Below, piece by piece: positions 36,961 to 47,300 of a DNA stretch of 53,349 nucleotides. Source of the stretch: a virus (Duplodnaviria > Caudoviricetes); the IMG/VR virus record IMGVR_UViG_3300025695_001512, positions 1 to 53,349 of that record; one strand, 5' to 3'. The position numbers and the translations under genes are program-made. Each line of letters opens with the position of its first letter. Positions within the stretch are counted from its first letter, which is position 1. The notes under the pieces are model-generated. The model was not told the origin of the DNA and did no database searches. It was given only the letters and a program-made list of their open reading frames with translations.

Positions 36961-37260
36961 TATACCAACTGTCAACAATATAACGTAATTCAACAGATGA
37001 ATATTTGTCGAGTAAAACTCTTCAAATTCATCGTCAATTAATTTATCGGTTACGACCTTAACATCTGACATGGCTTTAATAGTAACATGGTCTGTAGTAG
37101 TTTCATCTAAAACTAATGTACATTCTGTGTTACTATTAATTACAATAGCACTTTCACCATTTGTTTTATAATAGTTACTAGTACATAAGATACTATCAGA
37201 TGTCTTTATTTCTTTACCCGCAACAATTTTTGTTACAGGGTATGATTTCACTATACCCAT
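36929..37260 (-). pseudogene. Small beta-rich protein interrupted by a 1-nt frameshift near 37013-37021
   Basis: After ...IDDEFEE the -1 frame continues VLLDKYSSVELRYIVDSWYIMSSDGLKNS* to TAA at 36929, whereas the in-frame tail looks out-of-frame. Confidence 0.55.
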
Positions 37261-37262
37261 AA

Positions 37263-38375
37263 TTAAATTACATAAATTTGTCGAGGCATTGCACGGAACT
37301 GTAACGATTTGTTAAGATTTTCCGCAACGTTAGCTTCTCTTTCCATCATTTTTTCAGGTCTTAATCTTTCAAGTCTTTGTGATAATTCCTCATACAATTT
37401 AGATTTTTCATCTTTTGCTTCTGTTAGTAATGAATCATATTCTAATTGTAATTCCGAATCGGGAGTCTTTAAATTACCACTAAATTTACCCCTTACTCTA
37501 CCTAATGTTTCTTTTACGTAAGCAACAAACCATTTTCTAACCCATGTCTGTGCTGGATTATTTAATTCATCCCACTTCATTTCATCAATAGGTATGTCTG
37601 ATGGTAGTCTTACCACATCGGGGTTTTTAGATAAACAATCTTCACGGTCTTCAGTTTCATAATACCAATACCATACACGATACTCATTGTGTTGAATATT
37701 ACCAAAATCAAACTTACCACCAGGAACGTTCATTAAGTGTACAGCCTTTTTACCGTCTGGAAGTGCAGTAACACGATAAGTTAACTCTCCTGAAATGATT
37801 CTTCTTTTAACATTAATGTCTTGCATTCTAAGTAGAATGTCGAATGCCGGAGTTACAAAGTAATTACCTGTAGTACCCATTTGTGAGAATCCAGCACCTC
37901 CACCTAATCCAACACCACCCATACCTCCAAAACCACCCATAAATGGGTCAAAGAAAGCTGCATCTAATTCTGCACGACTAAACCACAGAAGTTCGTTTAG
38001 TTCTCTACCTTTTGGTATCTCATATATCTGTTGTCCTGGAACTAAATCAATATAGTCTTTTTTAAGAACGTAATCACCACCAGCCTGTAAACCTACAATT
38101 TTTGAATATGAATAGGTGTATTGTGTTTCCCAATCTAAAGAACGTGTTGTAAATGCACGAGTTACGGATTGTTCATCTAAGTTCATTCCGTATAATGAGG
38201 TCCATTGAGATTCAATTAACCAATCGTTTACATATTGTGCATAGTCTTGAATTGATAACTCTAATAGTGAGTCCATCATTTCATCCTCGATTTCTACACT
38301 ACGAATAGGGGCACCTAACAGGTGTTTTACACGAGTAAATAGTTTTGTTCTTTGTGGTTCGTTAATTACAGACAT
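37263..38375 (-). CDS. Neck/head-completion protein (T4 gp13-like)
   Basis: LLGAPIRSVEIEDEMM N-terminus; WVRKWFVAYVKETLGRVRGKF...LLTEAKDEK C-terminus; TATTTAT at 38390-38396. Confidence 0.8.
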   Translation of the reverse strand: MSVINEPQRTKLFTRVKHLLGAPIRSVEIEDEMMDSLLELSIQDYAQYVNDWLIESQWTSLYGMNLDEQSVTRAFTTRSLDWETQYTYSYSKIVGLQAGGDYVLKKDYIDLVPGQQIYEIPKGRELNELLWFSRAELDAAFFDPFMGGFGGMGGVGLGGGAGFSQMGTTGNYFVTPAFDILLRMQDINVKRRIISGELTYRVTALPDGKKAVHLMNVPGGKFDFGNIQHNEYRVWYWYYETEDREDCLSKNPDVVRLPSDIPIDEMKWDELNNPAQTWVRKWFVAYVKETLGRVRGKFSGNLKTPDSELQLEYDSLLTEAKDEKSKLYEELSQRLERLRPEKMMEREANVAENLNKSLQFRAMPRQIYVI

Positions 38376-38415
38376 AATGTGTTTTCTATATAAATATTAA
38401 GAAAACAACATTTCT

Positions 38416-39981
38416 TTACTTTGTATACTCCGCGGATTCGTCAAACACGTATCGACCGTCAATAATTTTTGTATTTGAGTTGTCAAATACTATAGTCCCT
38501 AATTTATTATTATGAAATACTAAGAAATCAGTAGTATACGGTTTTACATTACCAGTTCCGTAAACAGTGACTTTACCATTAACTTTCTTAACATCGTTAT
38601 ATGGTTTTATTTGCATTGTTTTAGTTCCTTCAGGTAGTTCAACAATTGCGTCTACACCACCAATCATATCATCAACACCACCTAATTCACCGACTTTAGT
38701 AACTTTGTCTGTTTTAAAGATATCTTTAAGACCAACAACCGCGTCCACTTCTCGTTTATCACCAAATTTATTAGTCTTATCTAAACCAGCCATTAATGTT
38801 TTAAATGTTGAAGATTGACTATCAAATATTCTATATCTTAATTCTACTAAATATTTGTTTAATCTATCAACTTCTTTAACTTGTGCATGATTATTTTTAT
38901 TGTTAAAATTAATTGCATCAATTCCATAATTTCTTAGGAACTGATTTATGTCATTAACTAATGTACAAAATGCCGTGTAATTAGTGTTTAATTTGTTTAT
39001 AACAGAACGACCTTTTTGTTCATAATCATAAACCCCCGACATTTGACCCTGACTATATTGATTTTTTTCGTACCAGTGGTCAGCAAAAACTTCTTTTAAT
39101 ATGTCCATAATTGTAAACATAAATCTTTTTTTAATTTCAGGGTTTGTGTTGAATAATCTTCGGTATGTCTGAACTTGATTTCGATTACACCCTGCACTTG
39201 CACCTTCATTAATTATACTTTTAACTTTTTTTACTTCATTAATTTTTTTTTCTGTCCTCAACTTATATAAGTCATTAACAAAATCCCAATTAATAACGGA
39301 CCAAAAGTTTCTAATATAATCATCTCTTTTATTTTTATACTTTAAATAATATGCGTGTTCCCATACGTCTAAACCTAAAATTGGGAAACCACCATCTTTA
39401 ACTATATTCATCAATGGGTTATCTTGATTAGGTGTAGACATAATTTTTAATCTATTTGATTTGGTTAATACTAACCATACCCATCCAGAACCGAATCTTT
39501 TCTTAGCTTCATTACTGAATATTGATTTAAATTTAGAAAAGTTTTCAAAATCTTTAACAATTTTTTCATAAACTTCACCCTGTGCTCTTTGTTTTTTAGG
39601 CGATAACATTTTCCAAAATAGTGCGTGATTAAACGCCCCACCAGCGTTATTTCTAATTGTTGTGTTGTATCTTGAGATACCTTTTATGATTTGTTCTAAT
39701 TCTAAATCACCGTCTTTTCTTTTTGAAAGAGCGTCATTTAATTTTTTTACATACCCTTTGTAGTGTTTGTTGTAGTGTGTGTCCATAGTATCTGCGTCTA
39801 TGAATCTTTCGAGGGCAGAATAGGAGTAAGGCAATTTTTCAATACCAATTTTTTTCATTTCAGTTAAAATTTCTTTAGGGATTTGCTCAGACATTTCTCT
39901 CAATAGTGTTTGAGTGTCTTGGCTTTGATTAATTTTATGTTCAATTAATGAGATTTTTTCTTCTAATCTTCTGAACTTCAT
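38416..39981 (-). CDS. sodA: Mn/Fe superoxide dismutase fused to a C-terminal PD-(D/E)xK-like domain
   Basis: LPYSYSALE, HYNKH, NNAGGAFNHALFW, FGSGWVWL, TPNQDNP, LDVWEHAYY; then ~270 extra aa containing DDMIGGVDAIV...QIKP. Confidence 0.85.
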   Translation of the reverse strand: MKFRRLEEKISLIEHKINQSQDTQTLLREMSEQIPKEILTEMKKIGIEKLPYSYSALERFIDADTMDTHYNKHYKGYVKKLNDALSKRKDGDLELEQIIKGISRYNTTIRNNAGGAFNHALFWKMLSPKKQRAQGEVYEKIVKDFENFSKFKSIFSNEAKKRFGSGWVWLVLTKSNRLKIMSTPNQDNPLMNIVKDGGFPILGLDVWEHAYYLKYKNKRDDYIRNFWSVINWDFVNDLYKLRTEKKINEVKKVKSIINEGASAGCNRNQVQTYRRLFNTNPEIKKRFMFTIMDILKEVFADHWYEKNQYSQGQMSGVYDYEQKGRSVINKLNTNYTAFCTLVNDINQFLRNYGIDAINFNNKNNHAQVKEVDRLNKYLVELRYRIFDSQSSTFKTLMAGLDKTNKFGDKREVDAVVGLKDIFKTDKVTKVGELGGVDDMIGGVDAIVELPEGTKTMQIKPYNDVKKVNGKVTVYGTGNVKPYTTDFLVFHNNKLGTIVFDNSNTKIIDGRYVFDESAEYTK

Positions 39982-40021
39982 ATTTGTTATTTTCTATATA
40001 AATAACACAGAGAATCAATTT

Positions 40022-41785
40022 TTACCTTCTAACTGAAATTTCATTGATGATTTCTTCCATAATATCACCTTTCCCTTCGTTATCACCCATAACTGTCTCA
40101 AATATGTTCTTTTTTTGAGACAATATGTCATAGATAATACCTTCGATTGAATTTTCAAAAATTGGATAAAAAACGGACACGTTTGATTTTTGTCCGTAAC
40201 GATAGGCTCTGTCTTCTGCTTGTGAGTGGTCTGACGGGACAAACGATAGGTCATTCATTATTACCGCCTCTGCTGCGGTTAATGTTATACCAACACCAGC
40301 CGCTTTCAAGTTTCCAACAAACACTTTTATTTTGTCGTTTTCTTGAAATTGGTCAACAGAGTGTTGACGAGCTGGTTTACTCATTTTACCATCAAGTTTA
40401 ACTGCAGACTTACCAAAATGGTTAGCAATTTGATTTAAGGTATCAGTAAAGTTTGTAAAGATGATTACTTTCTTACCTTGTTCAATAATGTTCTCTGCGA
40501 TTTCACAAGTTTCTTTTATTTTATTCTCCGCAATTACCTGACGAACTTTCATAAGTTTTGAAAATTGAACGGTAAGAGATTTCTTTTCACTTTCATCTTC
40601 TATCCAATCATAATACTCACCCATCAATTCTTCATATTCTTTTGACTTTAAATTTAAATAAACAGGTGTCAAAATTTTATCAGGTAAATCTAAGATGTCT
40701 TCTTTTAGTCTTCTTAAAACGTGTGTTTTTGTTCGGTCCCTCAATTCTAAAAGATTTGACGAACCGTTTACATTCCACACTTTTCTACTACCCACATTAA
40801 ATTGGTATCCCTCACAATAACGAATAACATACGCCATCCAATTATAAGCCACTGGTGACTCAACCAAATTAAGTAAGTTATAATAATTAATTGGTCGTGA
40901 GGTCATAGGGGTCCCCGTTAATAACCACACCTTACCGATTCTGTTGATAATATCATTAATTAACTTTGTTCTTTTAGCTTGGACATTTTGAATATAATGT
41001 GCTTCATCAACAACAACTAAATCAAAACCTTCTTGCATAATGATTGATTCTTCTTTGTTTTTGATATCGTGAAAATTCTTTAAAATGTCGTAGTTAATAA
41101 TAACAAAATCAGCGGATTCCCATTTTTTCCCTTCAATTATTGAAATGGATTTGTCTGTATAATTTTCAATCTCCCTCATCCAATTTATTTTCAAAGATGC
41201 GGGACACACAATTAATACCCTCTCCGCCCCTGACTCTAAGGCTGCAATCACAGTAGATGTGGTTTTACCTAATCCCATGTCATCAGCAAGAATATATTTG
41301 TCGTGAGACGCTAATGTTTCTATTGCTTCTTTTTGGTGAGACAGGGGTGGTCGATGAGAATATTTTTCATAATCAATTGAAACCTCTTTAACATTTTGTG
41401 TTGGTATTAAAGCAACTTTTGGCAACCAAAAATCATGTAATTGTTGATTTTCAAAAACTTTACCCCAAATATGGAATGATTTATCCTTTTCCACCAATAT
41501 TTTTTCAACGTATATTTTTTCAGGTATTTTGGTTAATAGTTTTTCTTCCATCATCTTTTTACCGAAGTAACTGTCAAGGTCAACCCACTTTCTTGCTATC
41601 TTAGGGACCTTTTCGTGGTAAGTGTTGATGTAATCCGCTTGGGCACGAGTAATCTTAAAGTGTTTTTGTTTTACACTTTTTTTCTTTATACCGAGTATAT
41701 AATTATTGAACCCTTCGTAGTCTTCTAATATACGTTGTGCTCTAACCTCAGGTATTTTTGATAATTTATCTTTATTACTTTGCAT
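40022..41785 (-). CDS. SNF2-family (SMARCAL1/HARP-like) helicase
   Basis: LADDMGLGKT, VCPASLKINW, VDEAH, LTGTP, AAGVGITLTAA, QAEDRAYRYGQ. Confidence 0.93.
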   Translation of the reverse strand: MQSNKDKLSKIPEVRAQRILEDYEGFNNYILGIKKKSVKQKHFKITRAQADYINTYHEKVPKIARKWVDLDSYFGKKMMEEKLLTKIPEKIYVEKILVEKDKSFHIWGKVFENQQLHDFWLPKVALIPTQNVKEVSIDYEKYSHRPPLSHQKEAIETLASHDKYILADDMGLGKTTSTVIAALESGAERVLIVCPASLKINWMREIENYTDKSISIIEGKKWESADFVIINYDILKNFHDIKNKEESIIMQEGFDLVVVDEAHYIQNVQAKRTKLINDIINRIGKVWLLTGTPMTSRPINYYNLLNLVESPVAYNWMAYVIRYCEGYQFNVGSRKVWNVNGSSNLLELRDRTKTHVLRRLKEDILDLPDKILTPVYLNLKSKEYEELMGEYYDWIEDESEKKSLTVQFSKLMKVRQVIAENKIKETCEIAENIIEQGKKVIIFTNFTDTLNQIANHFGKSAVKLDGKMSKPARQHSVDQFQENDKIKVFVGNLKAAGVGITLTAAEAVIMNDLSFVPSDHSQAEDRAYRYGQKSNVSVFYPIFENSIEGIIYDILSQKKNIFETVMGDNEGKGDIMEEIINEISVRR

Positions 41786-41831
41786 AGCGAAATATTTATA
41801 ATATAACTATTATCAAACTATTTATCAACAT

Positions 41832-42347
41832 ATGAGCTCAAGAAAGATACCAATTACAAGATTAGAAAAGTTTTTCGGGTCCGAAGATTTTGCGTTAGAG
41901 CAAGAAATGGGACGTGAATGGCTTGAAGGTGATATGAACTTCACTTTGGTGTTGTATCGTGTTGACCGTCAAAAAACTAAGACGGACGATGTGTATGGTG
42001 AAACCGAAGATGATGGTATAAAGTTTTTACCACCTGTAGAGTTCAGGGGTTATGTAACTATTGAGCAACCTGAGAATCAAGACTATGCAAATTCTCGTAT
42101 GACACAAATGGAACCTGGTAATTTAAAAGTTGGTGTGTATCAAAATGCGTTAGATGAATTAGGTATTGATATTTCATATGGTGATTATATTGGATATTAC
42201 GAAACTGAAAAAAGAGTTAGATATTATTCTGTTGTTAATGACGGTAGAGTGGTAAGTGACAATAAACATACTTATGGTGGGTATAAACCTTTTTATAGAA
42301 GTATTACCGCAGCACCTGTTAATGATGGAGAATTTAGAGGAATATGA
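41832..42347 (+). CDS. Putative head-closure/neck protein (gp14-like)
   Basis: LYRVD...DDVYGE...F.PP pattern; upstream of tail terminator and sheath; TATTTAT at 41819-41825. Confidence 0.6.
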   Translation: MSSRKIPITRLEKFFGSEDFALEQEMGREWLEGDMNFTLVLYRVDRQKTKTDDVYGETEDDGIKFLPPVEFRGYVTIEQPENQDYANSRMTQMEPGNLKVGVYQNALDELGIDISYGDYIGYYETEKRVRYYSVVNDGRVVSDNKHTYGGYKPFYRSITAAPVNDGEFRGI

Positions 42348-42904
42348 GTCGTTTAATTAATGAAATAAAATTTATTAAAAAAAGAATGTCTTATTTATGT
42401 GAAGATATTGTTGATAATAAAGTTATATGTGATAACTGCGGATGGTCTTGGGATTTAAGTGATGGTGGTGACGACCCATACATTTGTCATAAGTGTGGTA
42501 ATAATAATGAGGAAGACAATTACATAGGTAAAAAGGTAATGGTCTACTATAATCTACATAAACATACTTTTTCAATTCAATACAAAGGTAAAGTTATCAA
42601 ACACGCAGATTTTGTTAAACTAGAAGATGTTGAGTTTAGAGTAAGACAAGGGGGTATGAGTAAAGTTAGAAGAGAGAAATCAAAAAATGTCCATGCTTTT
42701 GTTATTGGGACGTTAGTTGATTATTGTGACTATCCTTGTAAAAACATGCCTGATGAACCAAATAGCAATATTGTAACTTATAATCCATACAAATACGATT
42801 CATTTGTTATGAAAGACACCGAAGAACCAATCTATAATGCAAAAGAAGTAGAAATGGTTAATTCAAAAAATAAAGTATTTTTTATTAGTGAAATAAAAAG
42901 ATAA
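42344..42904 (+). CDS. Hypothetical protein with Zn ribbon and VYYNLHK...KNVHAFV domain
   Basis: CDNC...CHKC; LINE/LCE motifs at the N-terminus. Confidence 0.75.
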   Translation: MSRLINEIKFIKKRMSYLCEDIVDNKVICDNCGWSWDLSDGGDDPYICHKCGNNNEEDNYIGKKVMVYYNLHKHTFSIQYKGKVIKHADFVKLEDVEFRVRQGGMSKVRREKSKNVHAFVIGTLVDYCDYPCKNMPDEPNSNIVTYNPYKYDSFVMKDTEEPIYNAKEVEMVNSKNKVFFISEIKR

Positions 42905-44040
42905 TGGCGTTACCTAAAAAAATAAAAAAACATTTACCTCTAACACCTGATAAAATTCTTTTACAAAGGCGAGAGGAGTTATTAGAAGAAATTCAGGAGG
43001 ATGGAACTTATTTACCTAAGTCAATTCTTCATGCAGATTTAGACCGAGGTATGTTAGATTTTGTAAAGGAAGAATTAGAAACCACGGTTAGTGGTAAAAA
43101 AATACCCACAGTAGATTTAATAATAACAACACAGAATTGGGCTCAATTTACTGAAAGTTGGAATTTCCAAGATTTAGATAAAAACATTAAACCACCATTT
43201 ATTGCTACGGTTAGAAACCCTGATGTAAAATTTGGAACCAACCCATCGTTACAATACACAATTCCAAATAGGAAACAATTTTATTATGCCAAAGTTCCAA
43301 CATGGGACGGACAAAGAAAAGGTGTTGATATATACAAAATACCTCAACCAGTTCCTGTAGATATTACATATAATGTAAAAATATTTTGTAATAAGATGAG
43401 ACACTTGAATGAATTTAATAAAAAGGTTTTACAAAAGTTTTCATCTCGTCAAGCGTATACTCATGTTAAAGGACATTATATTCCTATTATATTAAACAAC
43501 TCTTCAGATGAGTCTGTATTAGATATTGAGAAAAGAAAATACTACGTTCAAAACTATGAATTTTTAATGATGGGATTTCTTTTAGATGAAGAAGAGTTTG
43601 AAGTGTCGCCAGCAATTTCAAGAACAGCAACGTTTTTAGAGGTCGATACTTTTAATGTTAAAAGAAGAGTTAAGAAAGAACCTGCAAACCCTACTAATTT
43701 TGATTTAAACATTGTTTTTCCTCAGGGTATTACAGAGTTGTCTGAAACATATAGATATGAAGTAGACTTATCTATTATAGAAACTGATAATGTTGACAGT
43801 TATTCTGTTTATATAAATAACAACTACATTGGTGATGATGTTAGTGTTATTAAAATATCAACTAATGATGTTATTAAAATTGAAGTAGTAAAAAATGATG
43901 TGACTAAAAGTGCTAATTTATTTAGTAAAGCAAGACTTCTTAGTAAGACTGTAGTTATATCGGGTTGTGTTGACCCAAATGCTATTAACTATAATCCTAG
44001 TGCAAATAGAGATGATGGTTCATGTATTTACTCACCGTAA
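42904..44040 (+). CDS. Tail terminator/sheath stabiliser (gp15-like) with C-terminal GCxDxxAxNY...DDGSC motif
   Basis: PQPVPVDITYNVKIF...MRHLNEF pattern; position just before the sheath gene. Confidence 0.62.
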   Translation: MALPKKIKKHLPLTPDKILLQRREELLEEIQEDGTYLPKSILHADLDRGMLDFVKEELETTVSGKKIPTVDLIITTQNWAQFTESWNFQDLDKNIKPPFIATVRNPDVKFGTNPSLQYTIPNRKQFYYAKVPTWDGQRKGVDIYKIPQPVPVDITYNVKIFCNKMRHLNEFNKKVLQKFSSRQAYTHVKGHYIPIILNNSSDESVLDIEKRKYYVQNYEFLMMGFLLDEEEFEVSPAISRTATFLEVDTFNVKRRVKKEPANPTNFDLNIVFPQGITELSETYRYEVDLSIIETDNVDSYSVYINNNYIGDDVSVIKISTNDVIKIEVVKNDVTKSANLFSKARLLSKTVVISGCVDPNAINYNPSANRDDGSCIYSP

Positions 44041-44177
44041 ATATCTGTAACTTCTTCACAGTTTTCCTCAATCAATTTTTCTAAAAACTTATACATTTTC
44101 AAACCGTGTTTTTCACAGTATTTTTTTAGTAGTTCATGAGACTCTGGTGAAATTTTTATGTTTTTTATTTTACTCAT
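44028..44177 (-). CDS. Small ribbon-helix-helix-like DNA-binding protein (49 aa, not in ORF track)
   Basis: Manual translation MSKIKNIKISPESHELLKKYCEKHGLKMYKFLEKLIEENCEEVTDIYGE: alternating beta strand, helix, G turn, helix. Confidence 0.7.
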   Translation of the reverse strand: MSKIKNIKISPESHELLKKYCEKHGLKMYKFLEKLIEENCEEVTDIYGE

Positions 44178-44227
44178 CGGTGTTTTTTTAAAAGGTAGAA
44201 AAAAGGTAGACTTTTTTCCTACTCTTT

Positions 44228-44278
44228 ATAAATATAACCTCACACTATTAGTTTTTTGATGTTTTTAGTAATATTTAT
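44228..44278. promoter_or_regulatory. Divergent TATTTAT motifs between RHH gene and tail sheath gene
   Basis: ATAAATA at 44228-44234 and TATTTAT at 44272-44278. Confidence 0.55.
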
Positions 44279-44309
44279 CTAAAAATAAAACTTAAGAAAT
44301 TATTTAACA

Positions 44310-47300
44310 ATGGCGACAGCAAACAAAGTATTCGTTTCTCCAGGTGTTTATACATCTGAAAGAGATTTAAGTTTTGTAGCACAAAGTGTCGGTGTAACAA
44401 CATTAGGTATTGTAGGTGAAACTCTTTCGGGTCCAGCATTTGAGCCGATTTTCATCTCAAACTATGATGAATACCAAGCATACTTTGGCGGTACAAATCC
44501 AACAAAATTTGTCAACACCCAAATTCCTAAGTACGAAGCTGCCTATATAGCAAAGGCATATTTACAACAATCAAATCAATTGTTTGTAACGAGAGTATTG
44601 GGTTTATCAGGGTATGACGCAGGACCTTCATGGTCTATAAAAACAGTAGGTAACTTAGATAGTTCAGGAACAACCGCAACTTCAGTTGCAGGTCCATTTA
44701 CTATTGAGTTCTCAGGAACATCAGGTGATAGTACAACTATTTCTGTGACAAATTATACCTCATTACCTCCATCTATTGAAGATGTAATCACTTTCCCTTA
44801 TACAACCTATACGGGTGGTGAGTCAACAATATTGGGTGATATGGAAGATTTACTTTACGGTGAAATCGTATCTCTATCATCTTCAGGTTCAACATCATAT
44901 TTTTGGGGTTCGGTAAGTGCATCTACATTTGATGATGTTACAGGTGCAACACCAAACTACAGTGCAAACACTAACGTATTAGAGGTTGATGACATTTCAT
45001 TTGAAAATTGTGATTTAACTGCATCTGAAAATGACCCATGGTATTACGCATTATTTAGTCAATCTAATAATGTATATAGTGGTGTTGGTTTTGGTATGGG
45101 TGTAACTGGATTAACAAATACAGTTGGTGATGATTATTCAGGAACTGCAGTTGTATACTTAACAAACTATACAGGTTCACCAATGAGTGAATATCACAAC
45201 TTAGTTGTTGCAACTTTACGTTCAAGAGGTATTGCAACTTATTCAACTGATGACGGTCCTGTTTATGAAGTATCAGGATTAACAGATGTATTAATGGATT
45301 GTACTGGTGAATATTCAGCAGTGACAAAAAATCCTTTTGAAACATTTGCAATTTCAGGTATAACTAATGATGGTGACACATTTAATTTTAAAACATCATT
45401 CAACGTTTCAGATTCTAACTATATATCAAAAGTATTTGGTAAATCAAACTTCGCAAAACCACGAACTGAAGTTCCATTATTCTTAGAGGAAGAGTATTAC
45501 TCTATGTTAAATATTGGATATAGAAAAGGTATGATTAGAGGTTTAGATTGTGACCTATTATCTTTAGATGGTGCAAGAACTGATACTGCTAATACAGGTA
45601 TTGGTTGGTATTTAGATAGATATCAAACACCTGAAACTCCATATGTTGTTTCTGAATTACGAGGAACACAGGTATATAATATGTTTAAATTTATAACGGT
45701 ATCAGATGGTAACTCAGCAAATAGAGAAGTAAAAATTTCAATTATTAATATTTCATTTAATAACGGAACATTTGATATTGTTGTTCGTGATTTCTTTGAC
45801 ACTGATGCAAATCCAGTAGTGTTAGAAAAATTCACCAACTGTACGATGGACCCTAACCAAAATAGTTTTGTCGCTAAGAAGATAGGTACGGCTAACGGTG
45901 ATTTTGAATTAAAATCAAGATATATTATGTTGGAAATGAATGAGGACGCACCAATAGATTCATTACCTTGTGGTTTCCGTGGGTATTTAACAAGACAATA
46001 CTCAGGCTCTAAATCACCATTCTTAGAATATAAGACTGAGTATTACAGACCAGGTCAGGTTATCTTTAATCCACCTTTCGGTAACGCTTCAGGAAGTGAT
46101 AATGAGACAAGAGCTGCGGGTGACAAAGTAAGAAAAGTATACTTAGGTGTTTCTAACACTATGGGTATCGATTCTGACTTCTTCCAATACAAGGGAAAAC
46201 AAAATCCATTAAACTTAAAAACTGCAACGTCTTCACAACCATGGGCATACCTTACAAAAGGATTCCACATGGATTCAGGAGCAACAATCGTTACTATCCC
46301 TGCGGATTACGTAACTTCAGGTCAATCATCATTTGAGGTTGGTGTAGCTGAGTTTAGAGGTGAACCGCAAGATGAAAGTAACCCATACTACAAACTTAAT
46401 TCACGTAAGTTTACATTAGCACCTTCAGGTGGTTTTGATGGATGGGACATCTATAGAGAATATAGAACTAACGGTGATAGATACCAATTAGGGGCTGCGG
46501 GTTATAGAAAAGGTGCTGCACCTTCAATTAGTTATCCTACTTCTACAGGATGGGGAGCGTTTAAACAAATTACGGGACCTGACCAATTAACGTGGGGTAA
46601 CACTGACTACTATTCTTACTTATGGGGTCAACATACATTCCATAATCCTGAAGCAATTAATATTAATGTGTTTACAACACCTGGTATTGATTACGTTAAT
46701 AACTCAAATCTTATTGAAGAGGCTATTGATATGGTTGAGACAGATAGAGCGGATTCAATCTATATCTGTACTACACCTGACTATCAAATGTTTACACCAA
46801 CATTAGGTGACTTTGACACTAACTTTATTTACCCTGAGGAAGCGGTAGATAATTTAGAGGAAACGGGTATTGATTCTAACTATTCGGCAACTTACTATCC
46901 TTGGATTTTAACAAGAGATACAGTAAATAACACTCAAATTTATTTACCACCAACAGCGGAAGTAGTAAGAAACTTAGCACTTACGGATAACATCGCGTTC
47001 CCTTGGTTCGCATCAGCGGGTTACACAAGAGGTTTGGTAAACGCTGTTAAAGCACGTAAGAAGTTGACTCAAGAAGACAGAGATATTCTTTATAAAGGTA
47101 GACTTAACCCAATTGCAACATTCTCAGATGTGGGAACAGTAATTTGGGGTAACAAAACTCTACAGGTTAGAGAGTCAGCACTTGATAGAATTAACGTAAG
47201 AAGATTGTTATTACAAGCACGTAAACTAATCTCAGCAGTAGCAGTAAGATTATTATTCGAACAGAATGACGAGCAAGTAAGACAAGAGTTCTTAGATTCT

